This document shows, piece by piece, positions 8,966-21,100 of a stretch of 64,000 bases of DNA (position 1 is its first letter; every line of letters begins with the position of its first letter). A program made the translations under genes and the position numbers. Source of the DNA: Aquirufa sp. (lineage in GTDB: Bacteria; Bacteroidota; Bacteroidia; Cytophagales; Spirosomataceae); contig NZ_JBIIBQ010000010.1 of NCBI RefSeq assembly GCF_044239315.1, forward strand, positions 22,405 to 86,404, in the 5' to 3' direction. Under the pieces are notes generated by a model. It did not search any database, had not been told where the DNA came from, and worked only from the letters and a program-made list of their open reading frames with translations.

Positions 8966-11319
8966 TTCTTATTTTATTATTGATAAGCACTAGCTTATTC
9001 GCTCAAAAATCGGTGTCCGATTTAATTGCGTCATCTGAATCTATCAAGGGGAGCGCGGCCTATTTAGCTACTCCTTTCGTCACTGCTGGCGATAAATTAT
9101 ATCTCGTGGGTCACCAGGACGGGACATTTCCCCCTTTAGGATGGCATGTGAAGGATGAGATGGGAGGGATTTGGGCGCACCCAATAAAATTACTAGACGG
9201 ATTCGAAGCATCTTATCTGGATCGAGGCAAGCTAATTCAACTTGATCAGGCCTCGCAGTTTATTAATTATCCGTTTGCAAATCAGCAAGTTTACGCGGGC
9301 TCAGAAATTCAAGTTAGACGATTTCAATTTGTTCCTGATGGTAAGCAGGCAGTCTATGTAGAATATGTTTTTACCAATAAAACACCAGTCAAAAAGTCCA
9401 TTAAGTTTTCTTTAGTGACACGTTCGAACTTGAGACCTGTGTGGATAGGGGAAAGAACTGGAATGGTAGATTCGAAGGATGTAGCGCGATTTGTTAAAGG
9501 TAAAACGGTGGTGAAGGACTCTGCAAATAATTGGTTCACCGTGGTGGGTAGCTCCTTTTCTGCTACATCTGTGGCCTTACCTCGAAACCCATCAAAACCG
9601 AACGCCGCCGTTTCTAAATCCACTTATTCGTTGGAAATTCCAGCGAATGGAAGTTTATCGATTCCATTTGTCATTGCTGGTTCTGTCACTTCTGAGGCAG
9701 AAGCTTTAGCTACTTTTTCGAATGTATTGGAAAATGGCGCTCAACTAGCCCTCGCAAAAAAACAACGCTATCAAAAAATAGCCTCAAAATCTGAAATTCA
9801 ACTATCAGATGCACGGTTAACCCAGGCGATGCGTTGGTTAAAGTACAATGCGGATTGGCTCACTACTGATGTAGATGGCATAGGTCGTGGAATAACGGCA
9901 GGCATGCCTGATTATCCTTGGTTTTTTGGTGGGGATATGACTTATTCATTGCAAGGATTAATTTCCTCTGGCAGAAAGGATATTGCTTACAGCACGATTG
10001 ATTTGATAGCGAAACTATCTGAAAAAACGAATGGAAACGGTCGCATTGTGCATGAAGTCAGTACAAATGGAGCAGTCTATAATCCAGGAAATGTGAATGA
10101 GACACCGCAATTTGCCTCCTTGATTTACAAGGTGTATTGTTGGACGGGCGATCGGTCATTTTTAGCGAAGTATTTTCCCCTGGTTGAAAAAGGCTTCGAA
10201 TGGCTAATGCAGCAGGATAAGGATCAAAACAGTATACCGGATGGGAATGGAATGATGGAGATTCACGGATTAGATTCTGAGATGATTGATGTGGCTGCTT
10301 ACTCTGCTAAGGCCTTTTTAGATGCTTCCAAAATGGCTCTTGAACTAGGTCGCACAGACTTATCTCGTGATTATTATGCCAAATACGAAGCTATTCGATT
10401 AAAAATTAATAGCGATTTTTGGGTACCCTCCTCTAATTCGTATGCAGATTTCAGGGGCACTAAAGTCCAAGCATTGCAATTAACGAAAGATGCTATCGAA
10501 CGGGCGAAAGGATTAAATAATAATTGGGCAGTCGAAGAATTACAGGCTTTGCAAAAACAGATCAGCGCGAACCCAGATACAACAAAACGGGGTTTTGTGC
10601 TTCACCATAATTGGGTAGTGAATACGCCCATGGAGACGGGATTGGCTGATGCTGAAAAAGCCTCTGAAGCCTTGAAAACCGCGGAGAAGTTTCGCAATAA
10701 ATTTGGGATGTATGTAACCGGAATTGATCGTTCTGAGAATTCAGATAAAGCGGAATCGTATGCTGCCAAAGTAGGGAAATCCGAATTTACTTACACCGGA
10801 ACCGTAATGACTTTGCCCACTGGAGTACAGGCGATTTCAGAGAATAAGTATGGTCATCCGAATGCTGCTTATGATTTAGTCCAAAGCATGTTGCGGACCT
10901 TCTCTTTTGCCTTACCTGGTTCCATCTATGAAGTTTCTCCCGATTATGGGATGATGACTCAGGCCTGGAACAGCTTTGCATTCGAAGTGCCCGTGATTCA
11001 ACAATTTTTCGGGATTCAACCTTTGGCCTATAAAAAAGAAATACATTTACAGCCCTCCTGGCCGGATTCCTTACCTTCTGGGGTTATTAAAAACGTGGAA
11101 ATAGGTGATAACCTAGTGACTGTTTCGTATGCTCGTTCAGCAAAAAGAAGTACCTATGATTTAAAGCAATCAAAACCTTGGACGATGCATTTTAGTCCCA
11201 GAACTGGTAGCTACAAACGTTGGTTATTAGATGGAAAACGAGTAGAGCCCACATTAGTGAATGGCTGGCCTACAGTTAAATTAAAGGGCTTGCGACACCA
11301 TCTGGTTTTAATGGATTAG
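8959..11319 (+). CDS. Exported (alpha/alpha)6-barrel glycoside hydrolase, glycogen-debranching-enzyme-like (COG3408/GDE_C-like)
   Basis: Signal peptide is MRLLILLLISTSLFAQ. The central segment GITAGMPDYPWFFGGDMTYSLQGL resembles the G.PWF..FGRD motif of amylo-alpha-1,6-glucosidase-type barrels. The long helical C-terminal half fits the same fold. Confidence 0.6.
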   Translation: MRLLILLLISTSLFAQKSVSDLIASSESIKGSAAYLATPFVTAGDKLYLVGHQDGTFPPLGWHVKDEMGGIWAHPIKLLDGFEASYLDRGKLIQLDQASQFINYPFANQQVYAGSEIQVRRFQFVPDGKQAVYVEYVFTNKTPVKKSIKFSLVTRSNLRPVWIGERTGMVDSKDVARFVKGKTVVKDSANNWFTVVGSSFSATSVALPRNPSKPNAAVSKSTYSLEIPANGSLSIPFVIAGSVTSEAEALATFSNVLENGAQLALAKKQRYQKIASKSEIQLSDARLTQAMRWLKYNADWLTTDVDGIGRGITAGMPDYPWFFGGDMTYSLQGLISSGRKDIAYSTIDLIAKLSEKTNGNGRIVHEVSTNGAVYNPGNVNETPQFASLIYKVYCWTGDRSFLAKYFPLVEKGFEWLMQQDKDQNSIPDGNGMMEIHGLDSEMIDVAAYSAKAFLDASKMALELGRTDLSRDYYAKYEAIRLKINSDFWVPSSNSYADFRGTKVQALQLTKDAIERAKGLNNNWAVEELQALQKQISANPDTTKRGFVLHHNWVVNTPMETGLADAEKASEALKTAEKFRNKFGMYVTGIDRSENSDKAESYAAKVGKSEFTYTGTVMTLPTGVQAISENKYGHPNAAYDLVQSMLRTFSFALPGSIYEVSPDYGMMTQAWNSFAFEVPVIQQFFGIQPLAYKKEIHLQPSWPDSLPSGVIKNVEIGDNLVTVSYARSAKRSTYDLKQSKPWTMHFSPRTGSYKRWLLDGKRVEPTLVNGWPTVKLKGLRHHLVLMD

Positions 11320-11425
11320 CTTACAAAATTCGGCGTATTGTTTGGGCGGTTACCCAGTTTGCGTCGATTTGATTCATAGCTACAAGCTATCAATTTTCGA
11401 CTAGTATCCTATCTCTCCCGCACCC

Positions 11426-12160
11426 TTAAGTTCTAAATTGATAAATGACTGAATAACTCGAGTTCTTTCCGTCGGAAGATTTAACCCTAAAAAAGTACAC
11501 CTTTCCAGTTTGTACTGGAACATCCATGCTGGTGGCTGTGATATTGGTGAACTGTGCGATAGGTGTTTGTTTTCCATCCACTAAGTCGACGAATAGGGTG
11601 TAGGTCAAAGGATCAGATTCCGGATCACTCCCTTTCCAACTGATCGTTACTTTACCATTGGTGATCGTGGCGAAAATAGAAGAGATGGGAGCTGTAATTT
11701 CAGCTGGGAAGGGAGCATAATTTACGATGGAAGAACCCGCTAAATAGAAATTCCAAGATTCACTCGTGGCCGTTGTTGTGGTTTTAGTAGTTTTTGAAAT
11801 CACTCTCCAGGAATATGGAGTGGCTTTATTCAAGGTGACTTTCCGACTAGGGGCAGTTATGTTCGAAAAAGTCTGTACCGCGTTCGTGTTTAAATCCGTC
11901 ACCAGTAAATCATAGCTTTCAGTATTTGTACCGGCGGCCCAAGTGAAGGTAACTTCCGATTGGTTTGTAGAGACAGAGACTCCTGTCTCACAGATTTTGT
12001 TTTTTTCTGGTAAAGATAAGCTCGCTGCCGTAGGAGGATTCACGGTAGGAGTAGGAGGAGTAGGCGGCGTGGGTGCAGGGGCAGGATCCCCTCCACCACC
12101 TGCACATGCAGCTAATCCCCATACTAATACCAAAGCAATGTATCGATTGAAGTTTGACAT
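11426..12160 (-). CDS. Lipoprotein with Pro/Thr-rich linker and two FN3-like beta-sandwich modules (function unknown)
   Basis: Lipobox VWGLAAC is followed by GGGGDPAPAPTPPTPPTPTVNPP. Two segments of ~90 aa follow, with FN3-like patterns (VTFTWAAGTNTESYDLLV...YSWRV and VTISWKGSDPESDPLTYTLFV...YFFRVKSSD). The gene starts 4 nt downstream of the giant gene stop on the same strand. Confidence 0.6.
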   Translation of the reverse strand: MSNFNRYIALVLVWGLAACAGGGGDPAPAPTPPTPPTPTVNPPTAASLSLPEKNKICETGVSVSTNQSEVTFTWAAGTNTESYDLLVTDLNTNAVQTFSNITAPSRKVTLNKATPYSWRVISKTTKTTTTATSESWNFYLAGSSIVNYAPFPAEITAPISSIFATITNGKVTISWKGSDPESDPLTYTLFVDLVDGKQTPIAQFTNITATSMDVPVQTGKVYFFRVKSSDGKNSSYSVIYQFRT

Positions 12161-12164
12161 AATA

Positions 12165-15100
12165 TTATTGCTTACTAATTTTTAGAGTCTTGTTAACATG
12201 TGATCCCGAAACCTGAATAACATAGGTGCCCGAATCCATTTTAGATAAATCATAAGTGATGGTTCTCGAATTATCGAGATCGCGCGACTCATCTAAGATT
12301 GTTTTTTCCAATGAATAAATCAATACTCGAACCGATGGATCAGAACCTGGAACATAAATGGATACCTTACCTGAAGTTGGATTCGGGTATGCTTGTGCTT
12401 GTTCAGAGATAAAGATCTCTTGGTCGAGCCTGCCTTGGCATCCTAAATCAGTAGATACGCTGATTTTATTCAATCCAGTCGAAAGAACTTTTGAATATGT
12501 AGCCCCAGTTACTTTTTCTGTAACCCCGTTAACTGAAATAGAATAGGATTCAGAACCTGATAAATTCAATACTAAGGTATTTGAACTCGGATTGAATACA
12601 CTATTGGTTTTCAGCGCCGCAGGCTCTGTAATAATCACATCAAAACATTGTTCGTAGCCTTCTTTTCCTAATACTTGAATACAAACTGAATAGGTATCTT
12701 TTGCTAAACCAGTGATGTTTAAGGCTGCCGTTTCTGTCGTATTGTAAGTAAATTGTTTTGAGTAGCCAGAAGAGACTCCTACCGCTTTAATTAAGTAGTT
12801 GTAGTTTTTGTTTGCGAAGGCTATTTGGATAGATCCATTATTTGAACCTACGCAGGTAGCAGATCCCATCCCTATCGTATAATTCTTCGCAGGTAGATTA
12901 AAGATTTCGCAACCATTCGCATCGATGATGGCCCCAGCAGTAGTATTATTACATTTGTCTGCGTTATCCTTAATTCCATCCCCATCTGTATCAGCTAGCT
13001 CGTATTTCACTACTAAAGCAGATGAATTAGCGATACACCCGAACGGACTGACTACGTTCACGGTATAACTTCCATCGTTTTGTGGAATGTATTCAGCAGT
13101 TGTAGCCCCTGTAATGACAGTACCATCCTTAGACCATTGGTATTTCGCTCCTGTCACCACTGGTACCTTCAAAGTATAGGTTTTCGTGTCCGTCAGATTG
13201 AATACGAAAGTAGATCCCGTAGTCGTAATGGTTACGTCAGGTGAAGGATTCATGGTAACGGTAGTTGATTCAGAAGTCGAGATATCACCTATCGGATAGG
13301 TAACGGTAACGTTATAATTACCGCTAGTATTAACCGTGATAGATTGAGTCTTCGCCCCCGTTGACCACGTATAAGACAGTCCACCATCAGAGGCAGTTAA
13401 CACCACACTTCCACCTGGACAGAATACTTTTTTGCCTGTATTTACAATCTCAACGATCGGCTTTGCTAAAGTAGGGGTGTAATAGTAGGCTTTACTATCT
13501 CCTAATTCTCCGAATACGTTTAAGCCCCATGACCAGAGAGAGCCATCTGTTTTCAAGGCTAAAGAATGGTTGCCCCCTGTTGAAATTTCCTTCCAATCGG
13601 TTTCAGTGCCTATCCTAGTAGGTGTATTTTTATCAATAATACTACCATCGCCAAGCTGACCATAGTAATTGCTTCCCCAAGCCCACATACTACCATCTGT
13701 TTTTAGAAGCATTTTATGATAGGATAAACCAGAAAGTGATAATTTATTGATGCTATTTATGTTAATTAGGGTAGGAATATTTTTATTTGTGTTTGTTCCA
13801 TCTCCTAGTTGACCTCTTAAATTATAGCCCCATCCCCATAAAGTTCCATCTTTTTTAAGCGCATAGGATTGATCGCTTCCTGTTTCAATAGACACCCAAT
13901 CGTTAGCATTACCTATTTGAATCGGAATAGTAGTATTTGTAGTGTTTCCACTTCCTAATTGGCCATTAAAATTGTACCCCCATGCCCAAATAGTGCCATT
14001 GGATTTTAATCCAATGGCATGACCCCAACCAGCAGAGATCGAAACCCAATCAGTATTATTTCCAATTTGAATCGGTATGCTAGAATTTGCGGTATTTCCA
14101 TTTCCTAATTGACCATAAAAATTTGCTCCCCAAGCCCAAAGCGTCCCATTTTTCTTGATGCCGTATGAAGTTTGTTCAGCGGCATGCACATATGCCCAGT
14201 CCGATGTAGTTCCTATTTGTATGTGAATGTTTTTAGAAGTAGTAGTACCATCTCCTAATTGTCCAACATTATTTGCTCCCCATGCCCATAAAGTTCCATC
14301 CTTTTTTAAAGCAATTGAATGATTATAACCTAAAGACAAAGTTTGCCAATTAGCACTTGTGCCTATTTGAACGGGTACATCTAAATTTCTATCTGATCCA
14401 TTTCCTAGCTGACCTTCGCTATTATTGCCCCATGCCCACAATGTTCCATCTTTTTTAATCGCTGCAGATCGGTAGGTAGTTGTATATATTTTATCCCAGG
14501 TCAAGTCAGTGCCTACTTGTCTAACATTGGTACTATAAGAAAAATTACCTTTTCCTAGTTGTCCTGAAAGATTATAACCCCATGAAAAGACATTATTTTG
14601 CTTATCAAGAGCCAAAACATGGTTAGAACCAACGGCGCCAGATCTCCAATTAGTGGCATTTCCAATTTGTGTCAAACCACTATAGTTTCCTGAATTACCC
14701 TGACCTAGCTGACCATAAGCATTGAATCCAATTGCCCATAGCGTTCCATTCGATTTGATAGCTAAACTTACAGATCCTGAAGGTGGAATATATAAATTAG
14801 ACCAATTGGTTTCGGCACCTACTTGAGTAGGATTTAAAACAGTACTCGATGTTGTACTACCAAATCTATTATAAGAATTATTTCCCCAGCCCCAAAGTGT
14901 TCCATCCGTTCTTAAAGCGAAAACATAATTATTTCCACTATCGATTATTGCCCAGTCTGTTGAATTACCTATTTGAGTTGGAGTATTTTTATTGATAGTT
15001 GATCCATCTCCTAATTGGCTTTGGTTATTTTGACCCCAGGCAAAAAGTTGTCCATTGGATTTGATTGCATAAGAACTATTTCCACCGGCTGATATGGAAA

Positions 15101-18100
15101 CCCAATCGGTATCTGTACCAATTTGTGTAGGAGATAGTAAGGTCGAAGAATTTCCATTACCTAATTGTCCGTTTAAATTATACCCCCATGCCCAAATGGT
15201 ACCATTTGTTTTAAGCGCAACACTGTGGTTAAATCCGACAGATATGGATTCCCAATCAGTAGCGACTCCAATTCGAATTGGGACCAAGGATTCAGCTATA
15301 GTCGCATCTCCAAGACCTAAGTATCCATTGGATCCATTTTGTCCCCAACCCCATAAGCTGCCATCTTTTTTAAGAGCAATGGTGAAACTACTCGTTGTAG
15401 CCACCATTTTCCAATCATTCGCTGTTCCCACTTGAACGGCAATACTTTGATTTATTTTATTGCCTATTCCTAGTTGTCCTAAGCTATTATTTCCCCAGGC
15501 CCATAAGGTACCATTTGGTTTAATTAAGAAACTGCTATTAGATCCGGCGAAAACTTTTGCAGGCGTGAGCGTATCTGATAAGGCATAGGTAATCGTTTGC
15601 GAAACAGATGAAGAAACGCAGCCAAACGTATTTGTGACATTTACCGAATAAACGCCATTCTTTTTAGGCACGTAATTATTTATGATAGCACCAGGAATGG
15701 CAACCCCATTGTTCAGCCATTGGTAAGAAACACCTGTTGCAGAAGGCACCGTTAGCTTATAGGTTTTTAAATCCTCTAAACGATTAACTGTCATCGAACC
15801 AGTGGTGCTTATAGTCGTGCTAGGTAAGACTGGAACAATATAAGGATCAGAAGTGCTGACATCACCAATAGGGTAGGTAACTGTGACACTATAAGAACCA
15901 CCCGTAGTAACGGTGATGGATCGTGTAGTGGCACCAGTAGACCAGGTATAAGAAAGTCCACCCCCTGAAGCTGTTAATATACCACCAGTGCTACCAGGAC
16001 AGAATGTTTTTCTTTCCGAGGAAGTGATATCGACGATAGGTTTTGCCAAAGTAGGGGAGTAGAAAATTGATTTACCATCCCCAAGTTGTGCATAGTATTT
16101 ATCACCCCAAGCCCAAAGACTTCCATCTGATTTGATTGCAAGCGAATGATCTCTCCCCGCAGCTATATCTGTCCAGTCTGAATCTGTTCCTAATCTTTGA
16201 GGTATATTTTTATTAGTTGTAGAACCATCACCTAGTTGTCCATTTGCATTATTTCCCCATAGCCACAGGCTACCATCTGACTTTAAGGTCATCAAATGAT
16301 TTGAAAGTGTTGAAGCCGGCCATTTAATCGAATTATTTAGGGCTAGTAATTGAGTGGGCGCATTTTTGTTAGTATTTGTCCCGTCACCAAGTCCACCCTC
16401 AACATTATTTCCCCAAAGCCAAACAGTTCCATTTTTTTTGACAGCCAGTGAGCTATTATATCCAGCTTGAATATAGTCCCAGTCAGTAGCAGTTCCCACT
16501 TGAGTAGGCGTACTCATATTTGTTGTGTTTCCTAATCCTAGTTGACTAAAATTATTTAATCCCCATGCCCATAGGGTTCCATTCGATTTTAATGCTAAAA
16601 CATGGTTTGAACCTGCAGATATGGCAGTCCAATCAGAAGCGGATCCTATTTGAATTGGAATTGATGAAGTAATCGAGAATGTACCAGAGGCAATATTTCC
16701 CCAATACCAGATAGTTCCATTTGTTTTCACTCCAACAGAATGAGTTAGTGCGGTTGAAACCGTTTTCCAATCGGTAGCAGTACCTATTTGTACAGGAGTA
16801 GTCCGTTGGATAATTGTACCATCACCTAGTTGTCCGGAAGAATTAAATCCCCAACCCCATAGACTTCCATTGGCTTTTATGGCAAGAGTCTGGTATCCAC
16901 CTAAGGATACATATTTCCAATCTTTTCCTGTTCCCACTTGTTTGGGAATATCAACATTGGTTGCAGATAAACCATCTCCTAATTGCCCATATCTATTCCT
17001 TCCCCACATCCAAAGGCTTCCATCTTTTTTGATTGCGGCTGAATGAACAAGTCCAGCAAATACTTTTTCCCAGCTAAAATCATTACCGACTTGTCTAGGA
17101 ACGGCAATGTAAGTATTCCCTTTTCCTAGTTGTCCACTAAAATTATCACCCCAAGAATATAGGTTGTTTAGATTGTCTAGTGCTAAAGAATAGGTAGTTC
17201 CTAAAGCTAAAGAATTGGAAGTTCCTAGAGCTAAAGATCTCCAAGAATTACTGGTTCCTATTTGCGTGAATGAAGTAGAGTTATTTGTATTTCCTTGTCC
17301 AAGTTGACCTGAAAAGTTGTTTCCAGAAGACCAAATGGTACCATTTGCCTTCAGGGCAAATCCATGATTAATTGATAAGCCAATGTTAGTCCAATTTAAA
17401 TCTGTACCTATTTGTGTAGGTTCTGAAATATTTTCTAAGGTCCCATTCCCTAATTGGCCATCGGAATTTAATCCCCAAGCCCATAAACTTCCATTTGTTT
17501 TAAGTGCAAGAACACTATAATTACTGCCTTTAATCATCCCCCAGTCAGTTGAATTACCAATTAAAGTAGGGATGTTTTTTGAAACAGTAGTTCCATCCCC
17601 TAGCTGCCTCGATGAATTTTGCCCCCAAGCGTATAGACTTCCATTATTTTTAATGGCATAGGAACTATATCCTCCTGCTGAAATAGAAGCCCAATCTGTA
17701 TCTGTACCAATTTGTGTAGGACTTAATAAGGTTGTGGAATTTCCATTACCAAGTTGTCCATCAAAATTATATCCCCAAGACCAAATAGTTCCATTTGTTT
17801 TGAGCGCAATGATATGGTTAAATCCCACAGAAATAGATTCCCAATCAGTTGCCACCCCAATTCGTATCGGAACTAATGATTCTGCTATAGTAGCATCTCC
17901 TAATCCTAAATATCCAGAGCTTCCATTAAAACCCCAAGCCCATAAACTACCATCTTTTTTGATAGCGATAGTGTATAAATTTGAAGAAGCTACCATTTTC
18001 CAATCACTCGCTGTTCCCACTTGAACCGCAATGCTTTGGTTGATTTTATTTCCTATTCCTAGTTGGCCATTGATATTGCTACCCCATGCCCATAAGGTCC

Positions 18101-21100
18101 CATTTGGTTTAATTATGAAACTGCTATTTCCTCCAGCGAAAACAGCAGAAGGCGTGAGCGTTTCCGATAAGGCATAGGTAACGGTTTGTGAAACAGATGA
18201 AGAAACGCAGCCAAAAGTATTCGTGATATTTACCGAATAAGTGCCATTCTTTTTAGGGACGTAATTATTCGAGATAGCTCCAGGAATGGCAACCCCATTG
18301 TTAAGCCATTGGTAAGAAACACCTGTTGCAGAAGGCACGGTTAGCTTATAGGTTTTTAGATCTTCTAAACGATTAACCTTCATCGAACCAGTGGTACTTA
18401 GCGTCGTGCTAGGTATAGCTGGAATAACTACGGTTTCAGTAGAAGTGCTAACATCACCAATTGGGTAGGTGACTGTGACACTGTAAGATCCACTCGTCGT
18501 AATGGTGATGGATCGTGTAGTGGCACCAGTGGACCAGGTATAAGATAGTCCTCCTTCGGTAGCGGTAAGCACTATGGTGCCACTTGTACAGTAGGTTGAT
18601 TTACTTGATTGGGTAATTTCTACGATTGGTTTTGCAAGAGTGGGAGTGTAGAATTGTGAATTAGAATTCCCTAATTGGCCATAGATATTACTCCCCCAAG
18701 ACCATAAACTACCATCGGATTTTGTCGCAAGTGTATGGCTGGCTCCTACCGCAAATTCTTTCCAGTCAGTATCTATACTAATTTTAGTGGGTGTAGGATT
18801 TGGATTATTTGAAGCCGTTCCATTACCTAATTGTCCAGCAATATTAGCACCCCATGACCAAAGAGTACCATCTGATTTTTGTATTAAGTTATGGTCTGCT
18901 GCTGATGAATTTGAAAACTTAGTTACATTGTTTAAACTAATTTGAGTAGGTGATGTTTTGTTTATTGTCGTACCATCAGCTAATTCACCATCAATATTGG
19001 ATCCCCACGTCCAGATTGTCCCATCTCTTTTTTGAGCAATAGAATATTCACCACCTGCTTGGATAGCAATCCAATCAGCACTAGTACCTATTTGAATGGG
19101 CGTATTTATTTGTGTTAAAGTCCCATTTCCCAATTGGCCTAATTGATTTCTTCCCCAAGCCCATAGTGTTCCATTGGATTTTAATCCTAAAGTGTGAGTA
19201 TTCCCAGCAGATATTGAAACCCAATCCGAATTATTGCCTATTTGGATCGGAATATTTGAACTTGTGTTATTCCCATTTCCTAATTGTCCATTCGCATTAT
19301 TTCCCCAAGCCCATAAAGTACCATTATTTTTTAAAGCGAAGGAACTTGAACCTCCTGCAGCAGTCAATTTCCAGTCAGTCGATATTCCTAATTGGATAGG
19401 GCTATTTTTTTGAATAGTTGTCCCATCCCCTAATTGGCCACTAGAATTTAATCCCCAAGCCCAAAGTGTACCATCTGTTTTTAAGGCTAATCCATGATAA
19501 AAGCCAAGTGAAACCGATTTCCAATTAGTAGAATTAGTAATTAAAGTTGGATTCTCTTTATTTATGACCGTACCATCACCTAACTGACCAAATTGATTTC
19601 TTCCCCAATTCCAAAGAGTGCCATCTTTTTTTATGGCCCCTGAAAATGAAATACTAGCATAAGCTTTATCCCAGACTAAATCAGTGCCCACTTGTTTAAT
19701 ATTAGTGTTAAAATATGTCTTTTTTCCTAATTGAGAATAGCCATTATATCCCCAAGAATAAAGTTTATTTTGATTATCTAATGCTAATGTATGCTCTGAT
19801 CCCATTGCGACAGATGACCAATTCGTACTATTACCTACCTGGGTAAACAAACTGTTATCTGTGGCATTTCCTAATCCTAATTGACCAAAGGTATTCAATC
19901 CTGCCGACCACAAGGTTCCATTAGCCTTTAATGCAAAGCTGAAAGATCCTTGTGCTGACAAAGAAATATCTATCCAATCTGTATCAGTTCCAATTTGTAT
20001 AGGATTGACATATGTGGTAGAGTTACCTAATTGACCATATTGACTATATCCCCAACCCCATAAAGTTCCATTTGCTTTTAACGCCATGGCATATGCATAT
20101 CCACTCGCTATTTTTATCCAATCGTTCGAGGAGCCTACTCTAGTCGGTGAATTTCTGTTATTTCCACTAGTTCCATCACCTATCTCTCCCGAGAAGTTAT
20201 TACCCCAAGCAAATAAATTTCCATTGTTTTTTATTGCATATGAGGTACTATTACTACTTGCTATTTCGGACCAATCTGAATCTGATCCAATTTGAACTGG
20301 AGAAATTCTCGTAGTGCTTGTCCCATCGCCTAATTGTCCATTACCATTAAATCCCCATGCCCATATGGTACCATTAGACTTAAGTGCAATACTGTGGTTC
20401 CCACCAACAGAAATTGATTTCCAATCATTTGATGTTCCAATTCGTATGGGGACTAATGATTCAGTTGTATTGGCATCGGCGATTCCTAATAAACCATTGA
20501 CTCCATTTTGCCCCCATCCCCAAAGGGTACCATCTTTCTTTAGACCAATAGTAAATGTACTTGCTGTTGCAACCATTAACCAATCTGTTGATGTACCAAC
20601 TTGTGTGGCATAAGTTTGATTAATCTTGTTGCCAATTCCTAATTGTCCTCGATCGTTTCTACCCCAAGCCCACAGAGTTCCGTCTGCTTTAATTTGAAAA
20701 CTAGAATTTGCACTGGCAAAAATCTTAGGTTTAGGGGTAGTAGTTGCGGCAAATAATTGGGTAGGGGTTGATATATATCCAAATTCTCCAATGCCTAAGT
20801 CGCCATCCAAGTTATTTCCCCATGACCATAGGCTGCCATCTGATTTAATTGCAAAAGTACTGGATGAGGGTCCGACATAAATTTTATCCCAATTGGTTTC
20901 TGTTCCTACTCTGGTCCCAGTAAAATTATTGGTAACAGTCCCGTTCCCTAAATTTCCAAAATCATTTTTTCCCCAAGTATAAAGTGAACCATCTGTTTTG
21001 ATAGCACCAGAATGGTTATATGATGATGCAACAGTCCTTATATTGTTTAAACTTGAAATTTGAGTAGGCAACAAAATTTGCCTTGTTGTCGATGGGTCAA

